IMG/VR virus record: IMGVR_UViG_3300001598_000034
Location: 1-64,000 of that record
Origin: a virus
Taxonomy: Duplodnaviria; Caudoviricetes
Reading direction: 5' to 3' (one strand)
Length of the DNA stretch: 64,000 nucleotides
Positions 45,887 through 56,452 of the stretch are shown here, in pieces. How positions within the stretch are numbered: position 1 is the stretch's first letter; each line of letters begins with the position of its first letter. A model generated the notes under the pieces. The model worked only from the letters and a program-made list of their open reading frames with translations. It was not told the origin of the DNA and did not search any database. The translations under genes and the position numbers were made by a program.

Positions 45887-48844
45887 ATGTTAGGTAAAAG
45901 ATATTCTCTTGGAAGTGTATTTGAACCAACAGGCGAACCTCTTGTTAAAGTAGCTAACTTTAAAGAACTTGCACAACAAAGCGAAGATATTAAATCTTTT
46001 TTAGCTACCTTTAAACCAGATCCTGGATATATGTATTTGCACGTAATAGCTGTAGGAGCCGGAGAATACTGGGGTAAAAATATCAATAGCGATTATTTCT
46101 TGGAAGATGATTTACTTAATAGGTATAAAACTTTTGAGACAGACGCAAAGGTATTTCGTGAACATGATAATAAACCATATTCCCAGTCATATGGTTATGT
46201 ACCATTTGCTTGGTATAATATGCCAATGCATAGAGTAGAACTTATTTTAGCTATAGACAAGATCAAAGGTAAAGAGTTTGTAGATAGACAAAATGCTGGT
46301 GAGCAGTTATGCGTAAGCATGGGATGTTTCCCAGCAGGAACAGACGTACTACTTGCAGATAATACCTTTAAACATATTGAAGACATAAATCCCGGAGATA
46401 AAGTAATTACGCACACAGGGGAAGAGCATGAAGTAACAACTAAAATGCTTCATGAACATACCGGGAATATGTGCAGAATTAAGGCTAGTGGTCAAACGCA
46501 AGAGCTTATATGCACCGACAATCACCCAATCCTGGTAAGAAGATATACTGGATTATTAGAGGATAGTTATGGAGAATGCCCTGTATGTAATAAAAAGTTT
46601 AATCAGGTTTTAACGCATATAATACGGTCTACAAATAAAGAGCACATTGTTTATAGAAATAATATGTTAGATCATAAGTATTTGTATAAACAATATTGGA
46701 CAGATGCAAAAAATATATTACCAGGTGACTTTATATTAACGCCAATTACAAAAGCAACTTCAGACCATGTAAAAAATATAGACTTAGCAAAAATAATAGG
46801 ATATTTTTTGGCAGAGGGATCTTTTGTAAAAAATAAGAAAAAAGAATATAGAGCTATACAATTTAATTTTCATAAAAATGAGATAAATTTACATCAAGAT
46901 GTTCTTGGAGCACTAACTAATCTATCTCAAAAAATAGCTTCATATCAAATAAGAGAAGAAAAGCATTTAGGTGTTATATCTCTCTATGATGAGCATTTAG
47001 CAACTACTATTAAACGATTTTGTGGAGAATATAGTAAATATAAAGTATTAAACCCAGATGTATACACTTGGACATTAGAAGAAAAGCTATATATTATAGG
47101 TAAATACTTTGATGGAGATGGAACCTTTAATAAAAAGCATAAATCTCTATCAGCAACAACAATATCTAAAAATTTAGCGTATTCAATAGCCAGTTTAGCA
47201 AATACATGTGGAATTTCGACCCGTATTTCATCATATAATGGAAAACATAATATAGAATATACTATAGATATAGATAAAGAAGATACAAAAAAATTAAAGT
47301 GTTTTTGCTCTAAAATACCAGAAAACTATTCATATACTAGAAAATATAAAACAATTAAAAAATCATTTGTAGATGATGGTTTTTTGTGTAAAAGAGTTTA
47401 CTCCATAGAAACTTACTACGTGAATAACTTACCAGTGTATAATCTATCCGTAGAGGGAGACGAGTCATACACAGCAAACAGCATAGCAGTACATAATTGC
47501 AGAGTTAAATTCGACGTATGTTCCCTATGTGGTAACCATGCATCTAAACCACATGAATACTGCGAACATATAAAATACCATAAAGGAGAAATTTTTCCTG
47601 ATGGTAAGCAAGCCTATATGATTAATCCAAATCCTACGTTTTTTGATATTTCAATCGTTCGTAGGCCAGCATGGAAGCCAGCTTTCTGTTTAGCAAAAGT
47701 AGCTTCTACAGATACAGATGTAAATACTATGAGTATCCAGGAAAAGAATGCACTAGCATTTGAGGAACTGGATTCATTGATACCAATGGAAAAGACAGCT
47801 GAAGTCTGGGAAATACCAGAAGATGATGAGCTGTTAGGCGCCAAGGTATTAGCTAAACATTCGTCAGTTCAAAAGGTAGCTCTAGATAAACAAATGCCAG
47901 CTATTTCAGTCCAGGATATAGATGCTGAAATAAGAGATATGCTTCCAGCAATTAATAAACTGGAGCCAGATCTTCCAGCCCCTCTACTTGATGACTTAGC
48001 TAGAAAGTATGAGATAAAAGATATTCTGCATTCCTTTGCTTCAGCAGCTATACCAATGAAACCACAAGAGTTTACACGTATAGTAATTGTTAAGAACAAT
48101 CTTCCATTAGAAGCATTTGGAACAGTAATGACCGGAATATTAGGGTCATTCCATGGTAATGGTAAATCCGGATCTGGCAATACAGAAGTAGCAACGCCAA
48201 ACATCCTTCCAGGAATTTCACGACCAGAAATAATGGAAAAACTAGCACCATTTATCCATGCTCGTTCAGCAATCTTGAAAGATGTGTTATCAAGACTAAA
48301 TAGAATATTTGACACAAAAGAACTACAAAAGCTAGGTCTTAATAAAACAGCAGCGGTGTTATATCAACCAAATCCAGTACTGGATTCTTTAGATTTATCA
48401 CCACGTATGAACTTTGGCTATGTACGTAGAGTTCCAGAATTTCAAGATTCAAATAGAGGTCTTTCTAAAGATACTGTTTTAGTACAAGATCCAATGAATT
48501 TGTCTACTATGCCAGTAGCACTTTCCAGAGAATCATTGGTACAGGAAATTCGTAACCCGTCTATTAGCGACTATTCACGTAATCAACTTTTGGCATTAGG
48601 TGCATTACAAGGAAAAGATTTCTCTGCATTTAAAGATCCTAGAATTATAAATTCTGTAATACATGAACCAGGGTTCTTATCTTATTTAGCACTATTAATA
48701 AACTCTTTCAAAAGTAAAGGAACTAAAGCAGCTTCGCCTTTGGATACTAAGAGCATTCTAAGTAATGTTTCCTTAGAGCACTTAACAAATGCTTACAATC
48801 CTGTACCACGTATAATTTCACAAGAATATTATACAAGATACTAA
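45887..48844 (+). CDS. Prohead (capsid maturation) protease with an intein
   Basis: N.N.DYF, VFREH, VSMG|C...VCSLCG..CEH, FFDISIV..PA after removing the intein; upstream of the capsid genes. Confidence 0.75.
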   Translation: MLGKRYSLGSVFEPTGEPLVKVANFKELAQQSEDIKSFLATFKPDPGYMYLHVIAVGAGEYWGKNINSDYFLEDDLLNRYKTFETDAKVFREHDNKPYSQSYGYVPFAWYNMPMHRVELILAIDKIKGKEFVDRQNAGEQLCVSMGCFPAGTDVLLADNTFKHIEDINPGDKVITHTGEEHEVTTKMLHEHTGNMCRIKASGQTQELICTDNHPILVRRYTGLLEDSYGECPVCNKKFNQVLTHIIRSTNKEHIVYRNNMLDHKYLYKQYWTDAKNILPGDFILTPITKATSDHVKNIDLAKIIGYFLAEGSFVKNKKKEYRAIQFNFHKNEINLHQDVLGALTNLSQKIASYQIREEKHLGVISLYDEHLATTIKRFCGEYSKYKVLNPDVYTWTLEEKLYIIGKYFDGDGTFNKKHKSLSATTISKNLAYSIASLANTCGISTRISSYNGKHNIEYTIDIDKEDTKKLKCFCSKIPENYSYTRKYKTIKKSFVDDGFLCKRVYSIETYYVNNLPVYNLSVEGDESYTANSIAVHNCRVKFDVCSLCGNHASKPHEYCEHIKYHKGEIFPDGKQAYMINPNPTFFDISIVRRPAWKPAFCLAKVASTDTDVNTMSIQEKNALAFEELDSLIPMEKTAEVWEIPEDDELLGAKVLAKHSSVQKVALDKQMPAISVQDIDAEIRDMLPAINKLEPDLPAPLLDDLARKYEIKDILHSFASAAIPMKPQEFTRIVIVKNNLPLEAFGTVMTGILGSFHGNGKSGSGNTEVATPNILPGISRPEIMEKLAPFIHARSAILKDVLSRLNRIFDTKELQKLGLNKTAAVLYQPNPVLDSLDLSPRMNFGYVRRVPEFQDSNRGLSKDTVLVQDPMNLSTMPVALSRESLVQEIRNPSISDYSRNQLLALGALQGKDFSAFKDPRIINSVIHEPGFLSYLALLINSFKSKGTKAASPLDTKSILSNVSLEHLTNAYNPVPRIISQEYYTRY
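46325..47497 (+). mobile_element. Intein (391 aa) with a LAGLIDADG homing endonuclease
   Basis: CFPAGT start; CTDNHP block B; IGYFLAEG and GKYFDGDG; VYNLSV...SY.AN..AVHN followed by Cys+1. Confidence 0.93.
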
Positions 48845-48989
48845 TAAATAAAATTTAGGTATAATATAAAGTAGAAAATATTACATTTTATATATAGTAA
48901 AATCCAGGTATAATATGTAGTAGAAAAAGAAAATACTTTTTATTTTAATAAAAACTTATTATTACAGTAAAGGAGTAATAACAAATAAC

Positions 48990-49685
48990 ATGGCTAATAA
49001 GCTTACTATTAATGAATTGGTAAAACAAGCATCTAATAGCGTTCAAGAAAAGCAAGAGTCTATTGTTAAGACTGCAGCTGAACAAGGTATTGAAGATGCT
49101 GATCGCGTTGTAAAAGTAGCTAGCTACACTGGAAGTATTATGGGTTCCACTGCTTTTGACGCATTTCATGATTGTGTAGCAGCATCTCTTGATTTTAATC
49201 CGGAGGATGCTGTAGTAAAACAAGCTAGCATTGCCGATATGTTAGACGCAACAATTGAAAATATTCTAATGGAAAAGATTGCAGAAGCATATTCTTCTCA
49301 AACTGGCGGCGAAAATTTGGTAACAACCCAAATGGCAGCAGCTGATCAAGTAGTAGAACAAGGTAAAGCAAATGCAGTTCTCGCTGCACAAAGCGCACAA
49401 GATGCTTTGAGCTCCGTAGACATGGGTGATGCTAACACCGCAGCTCAATCTATGGCAACTGCTGGCCAAAACATCACTTTGGCGCAACAAGCATTGGCAG
49501 TAGCTCCAGATCCAGAATTGGAAGCCCAAGTAGCAGAAGCTAGTGATGTTGTAGCTCAAGCAGCACAAGCAATTCAAGGCGTGATGGGCGCTCCTGCATC
49601 TGCAGAGAATCCTGTATTGCAGCCAGATGTATCTCCTGCAGTAGCAGCAGAAATGGCTGATGCTGAAGCAGCAGTAGCACAGTAA
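48990..49685 (+). CDS. Putative scaffold/core protein
   Basis: Ala/Gln-rich, acidic, multiple VK-x-A-S motifs; lies between protease and capsid genes. Confidence 0.55.
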   Translation: MANKLTINELVKQASNSVQEKQESIVKTAAEQGIEDADRVVKVASYTGSIMGSTAFDAFHDCVAASLDFNPEDAVVKQASIADMLDATIENILMEKIAEAYSSQTGGENLVTTQMAAADQVVEQGKANAVLAAQSAQDALSSVDMGDANTAAQSMATAGQNITLAQQALAVAPDPELEAQVAEASDVVAQAAQAIQGVMGAPASAENPVLQPDVSPAVAAEMADAEAAVAQ

Positions 49686-49712
49686 TTTTTTTTTAGAAAG
49701 TCAGGGGTAAAA

Positions 49713-49883
49713 ATGAACGACAAGCTTATTAATGAACTCCGTGACTGTGCTGAAGAACTTACTAAGATTGCGAACACTGAGGTAGAGTCTGAAAAGACTG
49801 CCTCAGTAAGCAATATCAAAGTTGCAACAGAACGCTCTGAATACATGAAGAGCATTATGGTTGCTCTCGGTTTGGAAGAGTAA
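49713..49883 (+). CDS. Small head-cluster protein (56 aa, not in the ORF track)
   Basis: MNDKLINELRDCAEELTKIANTEVESEKTASV...; GGGG RBS. Confidence 0.6.
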   Translation: MNDKLINELRDCAEELTKIANTEVESEKTASVSNIKVATERSEYMKSIMVALGLEE

Positions 49884-49904
49884 CAGCAAAGGAGAGTTAA
49901 AGTA

Positions 49905-50225
49905 ATGAACGTACAAGAAAAAGAACTTCTTCTTAAAGCTGCTGATCTTTTAACCAAAGCAGCAAGTCAACTGGAATATGGCCGCAATCTTGAGAAAGAA
50001 GCAGCTGCAACAGCAGATGAAGTAATTTCTCGTGGTATGGCAACTACTGATCAAAGAGAGTTCTATAAAGACTATCTGGCACAGCATCCGGATAAAATCG
50101 CGTCTATTAAAAATGCATTTAGCAACCTTCCCCTTCCTGCTAACACAGGCTTAGGTGAAGCAGCTAACATTGGTACAAATGAAAAAGGTTTAGATGCCTT
50201 TGATTTAGCACTTTTAGGGCAATAA
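49905..50225 (+). CDS. Putative scaffold-like protein
   Basis: K-x-A motifs; directly upstream of the decoration and capsid genes. Confidence 0.5.
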   Translation: MNVQEKELLLKAADLLTKAASQLEYGRNLEKEAAATADEVISRGMATTDQREFYKDYLAQHPDKIASIKNAFSNLPLPANTGLGEAANIGTNEKGLDAFDLALLGQ

Positions 50226-50283
50226 CGCATAAGTTATCCTAAAATATAAACATAATTAAAATTTCTAAGGAGAGATAATAAAC

Positions 50284-50697
50284 ATGCTTAATATTTTGAG
50301 CGGTTACCAAACAGCTAACATTAAGTCTTTCCCAGCTGGTGAAGCACTTAACGAAGGCGAGTGGGTAGAATTTGGAAATGACGGTAAAGTAAAGAAAGTT
50401 ACTGGAGTATACACCGGAGCAAAAGGCGTTTTCCCTGTGTATGCAGGTAATGTTAAATTCTATGATACCAAGTCATTGAATGAAGTAGACGTTGTTACTG
50501 CTAAAAGTGGTATTTTGGAATGTGATAACGTAGAAGATGTTACTATTAAAGCAGGCGATGCAGTTTATGTAAAAGATGGTAAGTTGACCAACGCTGCTAA
50601 CGCTTCTGGTGGTAAAGTTATTGGTTATGCTATTGAGGATGCTAATCCCAATGACATTCATAGCCAATTTACTGTAGTTAAGTTTGCTTTAGCATAA
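50284..50697 (+). CDS. Capsid decoration/cement protein
   Basis: 137-aa beta-rich protein (GEWV; AGDAVYV..GKL; VIGYA) immediately upstream of the major capsid gene. Confidence 0.6.
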   Translation: MLNILSGYQTANIKSFPAGEALNEGEWVEFGNDGKVKKVTGVYTGAKGVFPVYAGNVKFYDTKSLNEVDVVTAKSGILECDNVEDVTIKAGDAVYVKDGKLTNAANASGGKVIGYAIEDANPNDIHSQFTVVKFALA

Positions 50698-50717
50698 TAA
50701 GGATGGTGAATATATAA

Positions 50718-51902
50718 ATGGCAATTATTGAAGATTCCGCAAAGGCTAGCATGCTTAATTCAGCTTTTGTTCAACAAGTAAGTACCGACGCTGGTTGTGA
50801 AAAGATGGCTGGTGTTGCCACCGATTTCTGCCGTGTTAAGATTCGTGAAGGCTCTTTCTGCCGTAAAATTCTTCCTCCGAAGCAAATCACTTTTGCTGAG
50901 TTGGATCAAGCTATAGACAGTGATAGCCCAATGCGTATTATCCATAAGGATAAAGTTTCTGAAGCTTACCCCGTAACTTTCCGTGAGCAAGCTCAACAGA
51001 GATATTACATCGGTAATAAGTTCCAAGTATTCTACGAGAACATTCAATCTGAAGAGTTCACAAAGGTTACCGAGGAATTGCAAACCTACCGTGTGCCCAT
51101 TAAACAAATCATCGAAGAGAATTACCTCAAGGATATCCAAAAGGCAGAGGACGTTAAGTTCTTGAATACCATGAATGCTATTTTGGTTAAGAAAGAGGCA
51201 GAGAAAGTAGGCAGCTCTATTTTCAAGAGCAATGATAATAAATTCAGTCCTGCAATTTTGGCAGAAGGATTGAAGCTTCTCGTTCGTAAGGAATTACCCT
51301 TGGGAACCATTCTTATTAACGAAGAAGATTGGATGAGCTTGCTTGAATTGCAACAGGGTGCAGCTGGTTCTGCTGTTATGGAAGATATCATTCATAATGG
51401 TTACAGCTATACCAAGTTGTTGGGTTGCAACTTCGTTCGTACAATCAAAGGCGACGTAGTTAAACCTGGTCGTATCTATATTTTCAGTACTCCTGAGTAC
51501 TTGGGTGTATTTGATGTATTGGAAGACGTAAAAGCTTACATGAAGACTGAAGCTAATAAGTTCTCCTTCCATTTGTGGGAGACCATTGGTATCGCTATCG
51601 GCAACGATAATGGCGTAGCAATGATTCAGTTAGCTTCTAATGATCCTTTGGTTCCTGAAGGTGTTGTAGTTGAAAAGACCAAGATGACTACTTCTGTTGA
51701 TGGGGTATACACTGTTACCTTGGGTACCAAAGTAGCTGTAAAAGCTTATACAGTTGATAACGGAGTAGATGTAGCTGTTAGTCCTGCAGTTGATGCAGGT
51801 GGCGACGTTACCGTAGCTAAATTGGCAGCTGGCGAGCACACTATTGTGTTCAAGGGAGCTAATGGAGATACCGTAGCAACTACTGTAACTGTTGGCGCAT
51901 AA
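50718..51902 (+). CDS. Major capsid protein with a C-terminal beta-rich extension
   Basis: Position, size and HK97-like pattern (IREGSF.RKILPP; I...ED..F; WE.IG.AIGN..GVA); followed by a terminator. Confidence 0.8.
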   Translation: MAIIEDSAKASMLNSAFVQQVSTDAGCEKMAGVATDFCRVKIREGSFCRKILPPKQITFAELDQAIDSDSPMRIIHKDKVSEAYPVTFREQAQQRYYIGNKFQVFYENIQSEEFTKVTEELQTYRVPIKQIIEENYLKDIQKAEDVKFLNTMNAILVKKEAEKVGSSIFKSNDNKFSPAILAEGLKLLVRKELPLGTILINEEDWMSLLELQQGAAGSAVMEDIIHNGYSYTKLLGCNFVRTIKGDVVKPGRIYIFSTPEYLGVFDVLEDVKAYMKTEANKFSFHLWETIGIAIGNDNGVAMIQLASNDPLVPEGVVVEKTKMTTSVDGVYTVTLGTKVAVKAYTVDNGVDVAVSPAVDAGGDVTVAKLAAGEHTIVFKGANGDTVATTVTVGA

Positions 51903-52003
51903 ACTATTTACACAATTAGCAGAATTTAGGTATAATATATAAATAGAAGAGGCGGGGCCTAAAACGCTTCGCCTCTTTTAAAATTATAGAAGGGAATATA
52001 AAT

Positions 52004-52432
52004 ATGTTTGTTTCTAATCTAACAAATCGCAGTCTTGGACTTGCAAGCCCTGTAGTATTACGTCCTAATGAAATAAATCGTTTCATTGATGATGAAAATA
52101 TTACCCTTGTAGAAAGCGTTTGGCGCGCAAAAGCAGCTAATCTCGTTTCTGTTAGTGAGACAAAAGGCATGGTTAAAACCATTGCAGCAACAGCAGTGAA
52201 AACACTTACTTTCGATGCTGGAGCATTGGGGAAAGAACCAAGATCTTCTGGTAAACATGTAGAAGAAGTTAAAGAGGTTCTTAAAGAGCGCTTGTCTGAC
52301 AAAGAAGAAAAAGTAGAAGAAGCTAAAGAGGAAATTGTATTTGAGAATTTAGTAGAGTCTTCAAAACAAAAGAAGTCCAAAAAACAAGAAAAACAAGATA
52401 AGCAAGAAAAGCAAGACACACAAGACAAATAA
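52004..52432 (+). CDS. Hypothetical protein with a charged tail
   Basis: ORF after a late promoter motif; KQEKQD repeats. Confidence 0.55.
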   Translation: MFVSNLTNRSLGLASPVVLRPNEINRFIDDENITLVESVWRAKAANLVSVSETKGMVKTIAATAVKTLTFDAGALGKEPRSSGKHVEEVKEVLKERLSDKEEKVEEAKEEIVFENLVESSKQKKSKKQEKQDKQEKQDTQDK

Positions 52433-52458
52433 CCTGAATAATTTAAGGAGATAACACA

Positions 52459-52734
52459 ATGTATAATAATGATTATAATGCGTTGAATGATGCATGTGAA
52501 TTTGCAAAGATAGCAGCTGATATGAGTTTGCCTTTGGATCAAAAACCTGCTCCTGAAGCTGGCAGTCAAATCGTTCAAGGTATGGTAAATGCGGGTACAG
52601 CTTCTCCCACTTCCGTAGGGCAACAAGTATATGCAGATCCTGTTGATGCTGAAGCGTTAGCCGAAGCAAAAGAAGAGGCTGCAGCAGTATTGGCAAAGCA
52701 AGCATCTGTAATTCGTGCTATTTACGGTTTGTAA
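52459..52734 (+). CDS. Small head-associated protein
   Basis: AKIAA and AKQAS motifs; AGGAG RBS. Confidence 0.5.
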   Translation: MYNNDYNALNDACEFAKIAADMSLPLDQKPAPEAGSQIVQGMVNAGTASPTSVGQQVYADPVDAEALAEAKEEAAAVLAKQASVIRAIYGL

Positions 52735-52765
52735 TAGCCACCCCTGAAAGGGAGGTATAATAACC

Positions 52766-55009
52766 GTGTACACGAATATAGAAAATTTAAAAAAAGAAGC
52801 AGGAGTTATTGGCACAGCCAAAGCATTAGCATATGGAACTGTTGGATATCATCTTGGAAAACATGTAAAAGAACAGGAATATAAAGATGAAATTATAGAA
52901 AATATGCGAAGACAAGCTGAGGCACACAATAAATATGCTTCTTTAGAACGCAGAGTATTAGAAAAAAAAGCGGCAAGTATACTAAGTAAAGCTATAGGAA
53001 GGGGTTTATCTTCGGGGTTTAATAGAGTAAAGAACTTTTTCAGAAAACCAGTAAAATTTAATCCAGGTGCTGTCAATAAAAGTACAACTAATATAGCAGC
53101 AGGAACACAAGGAGTTTGGACACCATCAATAAAATCAACGTCTAACACAATAAATAGTATTTCTGATATCACTAAAGGAAATTCTTTCTATAGAAATGGT
53201 TTTTATTCTGCTCCAAAATCTATTGTCGAAAAAAGCAAAGATCTAGTAAAGAAAAACTTGCCAAAACTTCCTTCAATTGAAGGAGCAAAAGTAAAGGCTA
53301 AGGAAAGCATTCAAAAAGCCAATGAAAGTATTAAAAAGTTTCCAAAAGCAAGAGAAGAAACAAAAGCTTTACAATCTCAAACCAATCCTGGTGCATTTGG
53401 ACCCGTTGTTGACGGAACAAAGCCTTCTCAAAGTACATATGCTGTTAGTGGAAATTTATTTGGATCCAAAGGAAAACGTGGAAGATACTTAGGAAATGAA
53501 GTATCTACGGAATTTTCCTCAGAAGGATTATCAAAAATAGCACCTACAAATCAATTTGATGGAATATTGCAGAATCCAATAAACGGTGAAGCAACTGGAA
53601 AAGCTATAGAAACACAAAATATAGAAAAACTACGAAAAGCAAAACCAGTAAAAGTTGACCCCAAAACACAGTATACAATTCCAGCTACTAATAAGACAAC
53701 TAATCCAAAAATTGATAAACATACTATCAGTACTAAAGGAACAGTTACTGGACAAATAGCCAGTGGACAAAATAAGGCTGTAGAATATCTTAAACCCCTT
53801 GAACTAAAAAAGGATATTACAGGAACTCCTATAAAAAATTCCAACCCAGAACTGAATTTATCCATAGAGCCACAAACTAAAGCAGTTATTAGAAACGCAG
53901 AAGCAGGTGCATATGATAATCTAATAGGGAAAGGAAAAGTTTGGAAACCTGGTAAAGATCCTATTTCTGTACGTAGAGCAGCAGAAGAGGCAGCAAAAAA
54001 TCCTAAAAAGTCTTGGTGGGATAAAGCAAAAGAACGCTTCTCTGAAGCTCCCAAAACAAAAGAACAGCGTTTTGCAGAAAATAGATTTGGGGCAGGGGAA
54101 CCTATTCAACCAGATACAAATTGGTCTGAAGTATACAATAGTACTAAGAACTGGGTAAAAAATAACCCGGGAAAAACAATGGCCGGAGCCGGAGCACTAG
54201 GCGGTATCGGTTTATATTCAATGTCATCTAGTGGCAATAAAAATTTAGATAATTACTATTATGGAGGATATAATCCAATGTATAATCAATATAACGCAAT
54301 GAATAAAACTGCAGCAAGTTATGGTAAAAATTTATTTTCTGATTTAGCTACTTTTGCAAAAAAGAACAAAGGGTATTTTGGGAGAACAGGTGGCGCATTT
54401 GGCGACGCAGTACAAGCATATAACCCTTTCGCTAAGGAAAACATTAAAACTTTTGGAAACTTGATCGCTCCTAACAATCCATCCACCGCATTCCTTGGCA
54501 AGACCCGTAGAGTATTAGGCAATGCTATCGCAAGTAATCCTAATGCCGTACGTGCGGCAGTAGCTGGTGTAGGAACCGGAACAGCTGGGTATGGCGCCTA
54601 TAAAATGGTTACTTCTTCTGTAAATGAAGATGATATGGCCCTTGAATACGATGCAGCAGCTAACCAAGCAGCTTTTGCAGAAAATATGTACAATGAAGCA
54701 GTAGAAAAAATGGCTTCTATCGAAGACTACATGGAGAAAGAAGCAGCAAATCCTGTTGCACGTGCAGTATATAATACAGCTGGAAAAGCCGTACGTTACG
54801 GAAACAAGCTCCAAGATAGTGCTAATTATTTCGGATTAGGCTCAGCTTTCCGTAAAAAAGGCGTGGGTAATGCAATAAAAGCACGTACCGGAGCAAGCAT
54901 TGCAACATTGGCCAGCTTGGCTCAAAAGAATCCTAACGTAGCAGCAGCTCTCGCAGCAGGTGCAGTAGGCGCAGGCGGCGTAGCTGGAGCTCGCGCAGTA
55001 ATGTACTAA
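52766..55009 (+). CDS. Putative internal head/ejection polyprotein
   Basis: Basic segments ending in Gly/Ala-rich hydrophobic helices, separated by K-x-A motifs. Confidence 0.55.
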   Translation: MYTNIENLKKEAGVIGTAKALAYGTVGYHLGKHVKEQEYKDEIIENMRRQAEAHNKYASLERRVLEKKAASILSKAIGRGLSSGFNRVKNFFRKPVKFNPGAVNKSTTNIAAGTQGVWTPSIKSTSNTINSISDITKGNSFYRNGFYSAPKSIVEKSKDLVKKNLPKLPSIEGAKVKAKESIQKANESIKKFPKAREETKALQSQTNPGAFGPVVDGTKPSQSTYAVSGNLFGSKGKRGRYLGNEVSTEFSSEGLSKIAPTNQFDGILQNPINGEATGKAIETQNIEKLRKAKPVKVDPKTQYTIPATNKTTNPKIDKHTISTKGTVTGQIASGQNKAVEYLKPLELKKDITGTPIKNSNPELNLSIEPQTKAVIRNAEAGAYDNLIGKGKVWKPGKDPISVRRAAEEAAKNPKKSWWDKAKERFSEAPKTKEQRFAENRFGAGEPIQPDTNWSEVYNSTKNWVKNNPGKTMAGAGALGGIGLYSMSSSGNKNLDNYYYGGYNPMYNQYNAMNKTAASYGKNLFSDLATFAKKNKGYFGRTGGAFGDAVQAYNPFAKENIKTFGNLIAPNNPSTAFLGKTRRVLGNAIASNPNAVRAAVAGVGTGTAGYGAYKMVTSSVNEDDMALEYDAAANQAAFAENMYNEAVEKMASIEDYMEKEAANPVARAVYNTAGKAVRYGNKLQDSANYFGLGSAFRKKGVGNAIKARTGASIATLASLAQKNPNVAAALAAGAVGAGGVAGARAVMY

Positions 55010-55036
55010 TAGCTTATATTAATGATATAATATAAC

Positions 55037-55078
55037 AAAATAAGGCTAGGCTTGTTAAGTGAGCCTTAGCCTTATTTT
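55037..55078 (+). terminator. Intrinsic terminator (possibly bidirectional)
   Basis: AAAATAAGGCTA...TAGCCTTATTTT. Confidence 0.7.
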
Positions 55079-55095
55079 ACTATAAAGGAAACTAT

Positions 55096-55974
55096 ATGCA
55101 AGAAAAAAACTCAGGATTAGGGGGAAAGATTTGGCATGGAGGAATGGCTTATCTAGGCGTATCTAACCTACCTAATTCTATTTCTGAAAGCAATAAGATA
55201 AAACCCGTATATACCAAGCAAGATCTGCATGACCTTAAAAAAGTAGCTTTTTTAAAAACTATTTCCAATATAGGAAATAGTGACCTAGTAAGTAGATTAG
55301 GATCTTTAAAGGCATGGGGAGGGGCAACTATTGCCTCTAGTCTATCAGGTAAATTTAAAGAATCTAGGGATAATAATTTTTTGCAGTATAAGGCAATGCG
55401 TCAAGCCCAAAACAGACAAAATAGTATTCAACAAATGCACAAAGTAGCTTCTGCTATTCCCAATGTATGGAAATATTATATTAATGACGCAAGAAATTCA
55501 ATTTTAAGTAGTCAATATGAGACCTTTAACCAAATGCAAAAACAAGGAGTATTTGATTATAGTCTAAAAGAAGCCTCGGTATTAACCCCTGTCATAAATG
55601 GTGCTTCACGAGCATTAACACCAGTAAAGAATACCATAGCATCAGGAATAAGTAAGGTTAAATCATTTACTGATAATTTGGGAGAAAAGGCCTTTGATAT
55701 CAAAAAGAAAATACGCTCAAAAGTTGGCCCAGACGCAAAAACAGGTTATTATAGAGATAACCCCTTAAAAAAAGGGGATATACCAAAACCATATTATGAT
55801 AAAAAAATCTACACCACACCTAAAAAAGAAGATTCCTTTATTAGAGCAGCTAAAGGAATCGCAGGATTAACATTTGCAGCTGATACACTAATTGAAGCAA
55901 ATAATACAAGAAAAAATTTCCAATATGCAGCGCCAAAAGTTAAAATGCCCCCAATAAAATATCAACAACAATAA
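55096..55974 (+). CDS. Putative internal head protein
   Basis: Basic; KKVA, HKVAS, LKEAS motifs. Confidence 0.5.
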   Translation: MQEKNSGLGGKIWHGGMAYLGVSNLPNSISESNKIKPVYTKQDLHDLKKVAFLKTISNIGNSDLVSRLGSLKAWGGATIASSLSGKFKESRDNNFLQYKAMRQAQNRQNSIQQMHKVASAIPNVWKYYINDARNSILSSQYETFNQMQKQGVFDYSLKEASVLTPVINGASRALTPVKNTIASGISKVKSFTDNLGEKAFDIKKKIRSKVGPDAKTGYYRDNPLKKGDIPKPYYDKKIYTTPKKEDSFIRAAKGIAGLTFAADTLIEANNTRKNFQYAAPKVKMPPIKYQQQ

Positions 55975-55985
55975 AGGTAACACAC

Positions 55986-56450
55986 ATGCCAGCTAAAATA
56001 AAAGTTTATTATGATAGAAACTGCACACAGGAATTAGCAAGAGACCAAAAAACTAATGCATTTTTATATACTTTTTTTAAACAAAAAGAAGATGGAACTA
56101 TACAAGAAGCTGTAGATGGAATACGTGGCGAAGCTGGTAGATGCATATTATATTTAAAAAATGTGGGAACAAGAGCAGCTTTACATCCTCAAATAACCTT
56201 TATATCAACAAACAATCAAGAAATTATCAATAAAAAAGTATACACATGTAAAGATATACCTGTAGATCAAGTAGAAGAACTACAGGTAGACTTTACTATA
56301 AAGGCATGGACAGCAGCACAAATAAGCGAGAATTATTTTTCTTTAGAATATTATTCGCTTCCAGACACTGTATCATATACAAATCCGTATAATTATTATG
56401 CAGAAATAGGTGAAGAAACAAATACCTATGTTACAATAGACGGAGTTTAA
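55986..56450 (+). CDS. Ig-like virion protein
   Basis: LYLKNVG..A pattern; paralogous to the N-terminus of the next ORF. Confidence 0.5.
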   Translation: MPAKIKVYYDRNCTQELARDQKTNAFLYTFFKQKEDGTIQEAVDGIRGEAGRCILYLKNVGTRAALHPQITFISTNNQEIINKKVYTCKDIPVDQVEELQVDFTIKAWTAAQISENYFSLEYYSLPDTVSYTNPYNYYAEIGEETNTYVTIDGV

Positions 56451-56452
56451 AA

